Shown here piece after piece: positions 48,036 through 50,616 of a DNA stretch of 50,616 bases. Position 1 is the first letter of the stretch. Each line of letters opens with the position of its first letter. The DNA comes from Planctomycetota bacterium (lineage in GTDB: Bacteria; Planctomycetota; Planctomycetia; Pirellulales; Thermoguttaceae). Below the pieces are notes generated by a model, which saw only the letters and a program-made list of their open reading frames with translations, was not told the DNA's origin and ran no database searches. The stretch lies in NCBI GenBank assembly GCA_030611515.1, contig JAUWPQ010000001.1:1-50616 (forward strand), written 5' to 3'. The position numbers and the translations under genes are program-made.

Positions 48036-48446
48036 ATGGCCGAAGAACCGAAAAACCCCGAAAAAAAGCTCATCATCGACGAGGACTGGAAGAGCCAGGT
48101 CGAGGCCGAAAAGGAGGCTGCCCGACGGGCTGAAGAAAGCTCGACGTCGGCCGAATCAGAAGCCAAATCAGAAGCGCCCGCCGACCGGCGCGGTCCCTTG
48201 CCGCCCGCCGACTTGACCTTTCTGGTCGGCACGATGTACATGCAAGGGGCCGTCGCCCTGGGGCTGTTGCCCAATCCGATGACAAGCAAACAGGAAGTGC
48301 AACCCGAGCAGGCACAGCACACGATCGACTTGCTAACGATGCTTCAGCAGAAGACCGAAGGCAATCGCACGGCGGAGGAGACCGAGGGATTGGAAACGGT
48401 CTTGCACGAACTGCGGCTCGCCTACGTCACTTTGCCAGGGAAATAA
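48036..48446 (+). CDS. DUF1844-domain protein
   Basis: 136 aa. Acidic N-terminus, then FLVGTMYMQGAVALGLLPNP...AQHTIDLLTMLQQKTEGNRT..E...L...LHELRLAYV, characteristic of DUF1844. Confidence 0.7.
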   Translation: MAEEPKNPEKKLIIDEDWKSQVEAEKEAARRAEESSTSAESEAKSEAPADRRGPLPPADLTFLVGTMYMQGAVALGLLPNPMTSKQEVQPEQAQHTIDLLTMLQQKTEGNRTAEETEGLETVLHELRLAYVTLPGK

Positions 48447-48662
48447 CGTCCATGCCCGGTCCGGGGAAGAATGGGCGGACACGTCTTGCGCCCGAAAAAA
48501 CCCATTCCAAGTGACTTGCAACTCCCACCGGGTGACACGACCGGGGTCCTGTTTCCGAGGACTCGTCCGGACCGGACATGGATACGTTTGCTCGTGTATT
48601 CTTAAAGGTGTGGTACAGTGCGTAGCTGTGGAAAACGTCCTGCACAGCCGAGGGCGGCCGTG

Positions 48663-49148
48663 CTACCGCGACAACTGATCGAACAGGCGTCGGAACCGCG
48701 GCATGCGGCCCTCGAGGTACTTCAGCCAGGAGTCGGGGTTCCATATCTCGACGCACACCGCCGCCCCGACGATCTGCACCTCTCCGCCGGATTCCACGCC
48801 GAGGAACTCGCGGAATCCCTCGGGTATGACCAGTCGTCCGCGGCCGGCAAGCTTGACCGACCTGTGGCGGGTTGAAAGGAGCCGGCCGAATAGTTGCACT
48901 TGCCCGATGCGGTTCTGCAGGCGGCCCGACCGCATCTTTTGTTTGACCAACTCGACTCCTTCGTCCAACCGCGACTGCCAAACCGGGGCGCTCCAAAGGC
49001 TCAGGCAGCCCGGCCGCTCCTTGGCCAGAATGCAGTCGGCCGATTCGGCCGTCAGGGCGTCTCCCAATTCGTTGGGAATGGATAGCCGATACCGTTCGTC
49101 CAGGGACCGCTGGAACTCGCCGAGAATGAACTCTTGGGAACAGGGCAT
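48663..49148 (-). CDS. mraZ: transcriptional regulator MraZ
   Basis: 161 aa with two SpoVT/AbrB-like repeats (DERYRLSIPNELGDAL and GRGRLVIPEGFREFLG). Confidence 0.7.
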   Translation of the reverse strand: MPCSQEFILGEFQRSLDERYRLSIPNELGDALTAESADCILAKERPGCLSLWSAPVWQSRLDEGVELVKQKMRSGRLQNRIGQVQLFGRLLSTRHRSVKLAGRGRLVIPEGFREFLGVESGGEVQIVGAAVCVEIWNPDSWLKYLEGRMPRFRRLFDQLSR

Positions 49149-49418
49149 GGCCGAAACCGTCGAGGTTGCCGCAGGTCAGCGTTTTCGGGAAACCAATGGA
49201 CATCAACGCCAGACTCCATTATGGCAAATGGGACCATTGCCCACAAGTAGCTCTTGATTACCGACTCGAATGGGCCGGAAACCCACGAAAATCAAAGACG
49301 TGAGTTTAACGATTACGTGGAGTTTGACAAGTGTCCGCCCGAAATTTTTCCGAGATTTCCACAAACCCAAGCCGGGACAGGTGTTGCGCCCGTTCTTCAC
49401 CCGAGACACCGGCAAGAG

Positions 49419-49518
49419 CGTGTCCTGAAATAGTTCATTTAGCCCGCCGTGAATACACGGCGGGCCGGGTTGAATGCAGAAAACCGCTTGCCCCGGGTGT
49501 ATTCACCCGGGGCTAAAT
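49419..49518. repeat. MITE/REP-doublet-like element, family A, copy 3 (right terminal repeat missing)
   Basis: Same orientation as copy 2, with only a few mismatches across about 100 nt. It ends after GGCTAAATA. Confidence 0.85.
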
Positions 49519-49651
49519 AGTTTTCCAAACCCCGAATCCCGCCCCCCCTTTGGTGGTCGCCGACACACATTCCTTTCTTCGGCGACGTTAAACTAATAGG
49601 AAGTGGCTCTTCACTCGCCGGATATTCGCGAGGTCGGCTCCTTCCGATAAT

Positions 49652-50221
49652 ATGGAAACTCGTCCAGTGGAAGATTCTTTGCCCAACAAAGTGGACCGGT
49701 TTATGACGGCGTTGATGGCCAATCAGCGTCGGCTGTACCAATACGTCCACGTCCTGCTGCCGCGACAGCAGGACGCCGAAGACGTTATGCAGAACACTTT
49801 GTTGGTATTGTGGAAGAAGTTCGACCAATTCGACGCGGCCACGAGTTTCTACGCCTGGGCCAGTCGCGTGGCCTATCTGGAAGTGCAAAATTACCGCCGG
49901 CGCAATAATCGGTTGGTGACGGTCCTCGACGAGGGAGTGTTCGAGCAAATTTCCACCGAGGTCGTCATGCGGCAGGACCTGTTCGAGGCCCGGCGCGAAG
50001 CCATGGATCGCTGCGCCGAGCGGCTGAACCTGCTCGACCGCGAGTTGATCAATCTGCGTTACGCGCCGGGCGCGACGGTCAAGGACATTGCCCGACGGCT
50101 CGGCCGGCCCGCCAATTCCGTAAGCAAGTCGTTGGGTCGGATCCGTCAAGCCCTGTGGGATTGCATCAACCAGGAAATCGCCGCCGCCGAGGAACACCGT
50201 GCCAAGGAGGATAGGCCATGA
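49652..50221 (+). CDS. ECF-type RNA polymerase sigma-70 factor
   Basis: 189 aa, a paralog of 18747..19280 (RLYQYVHVLLPRQQDAEDVMQNTLLVLWKKFDQF...; region 4 VKDIARRLGRPANSVSKSLGRIR). Confidence 0.85.
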   Translation: METRPVEDSLPNKVDRFMTALMANQRRLYQYVHVLLPRQQDAEDVMQNTLLVLWKKFDQFDAATSFYAWASRVAYLEVQNYRRRNNRLVTVLDEGVFEQISTEVVMRQDLFEARREAMDRCAERLNLLDRELINLRYAPGATVKDIARRLGRPANSVSKSLGRIRQALWDCINQEIAAAEEHRAKEDRP

Positions 50222-50616
50222 GTGCTCGTCCCGATTGGCACGCCGAATTGCACGACTTGCTGGACCGCCTACACGACGGCGGCTTCGACGAGCCGGACCG
50301 TCTGCGGTTGAACGAGTTGCTCCGCGCCGGAGTGCCCCAGCGCGAATACTTCATTACCTACATGGACGTGCATAGCCGCCTGGCGTGGGACGGCGGTCAG
50401 CGAGAGGTGGGCAAGCGACGAGGGATGGCCGGTTCACCGGCCATTGATCTTCCCGATGGCGCGGCAGTTGAACTGCCGTCAGGCCAATGGCCCCGAACCC
50501 CGAGTCCCGAACCCCCATTCCCCGTTTTATCCACTACCAACTATCCACTACCCACTACTCCCTTCGTCGAGAGTTGGGCGTTCTCCTGTATGGTCGCCAC
50601 GGTGATCATGGGCGTG
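50218..50616 (+). CDS. FecR-type anti-sigma factor, 5' partial (runs off the window)
   Basis: ATGA overlap with the sigma gene's stop. The open frame runs to the window end. It is N-terminally paralogous to 16937..18757 (RTPSPEPP...YPLPTT...SWAFSCMVATVIMGV). Confidence 0.75.
   Translation, partial: MSARPDWHAELHDLLDRLHDGGFDEPDRLRLNELLRAGVPQREYFITYMDVHSRLAWDGGQREVGKRRGMAGSPAIDLPDGAAVELPSGQWPRTPSPEPPFPVLSTTNYPLPTTPFVESWAFSCMVATVIMGV

Overview
High-GC (about 65%) bacterial chromosome segment. The gene content looks planctomycete: a DUF1559/H-X9-DG prepilin-like protein, three tandem PEP-CTERM proteins, two ECF sigma/FecR-type anti-sigma pairs, and GT-C-like membrane proteins. This taxonomic call is an inference from content only. 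Housekeeping and metabolic genes include gmd, pyrG, greA, tRNA-Ala(CGC), xylB, an SSS and an MFS sugar transporter, two thioredoxin-fold proteins, an RRM protein, GlcG-like, a UbiB-like kinase, DUF1844 and MraZ. Signalling genes include a Ser/Thr kinase, an FHA-adenylate/guanylate cyclase and a sigma54-type response regulator. Three AT-richer islets interrupt this backbone. (1) A 2.7-kb insertion at the 3' end of a solute-binding-protein gene is bounded by five copies of a 21-nt REP-like repeat. It carries a RAYT/IS200-like Y1 transposase plus an unassigned two-gene cassette (a single-TM protein and a T5orf172/GIY-YIG-like protein), and a second copy of the gene tail, diverged only at synonymous sites, follows it. 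This is my best candidate for an undescribed system. (2) A tRNA-Ala-adjacent islet holds an AlbA_2(Schlafen-like)-HATPase_c_4 protein, a perfect 28-bp palindrome and a transposase remnant. (3) A mazEF cassette is bracketed by 30-bp direct repeats derived from the kinase gene's 3' end and splits a likely kinase/FHA-cyclase pair. A hicBA pair is also present. The window is unusually dense in palindromic REP-doublet or MITE-like elements (at least 8 families) and in polypurine/polypyrimidine short-period repeats. Several of these sit in frame inside CDSs or supply stop codons and C-terminal tails. No rRNA, CRISPR array, integrase or prophage was seen. All product calls come from motif recognition by eye; no searches were run.
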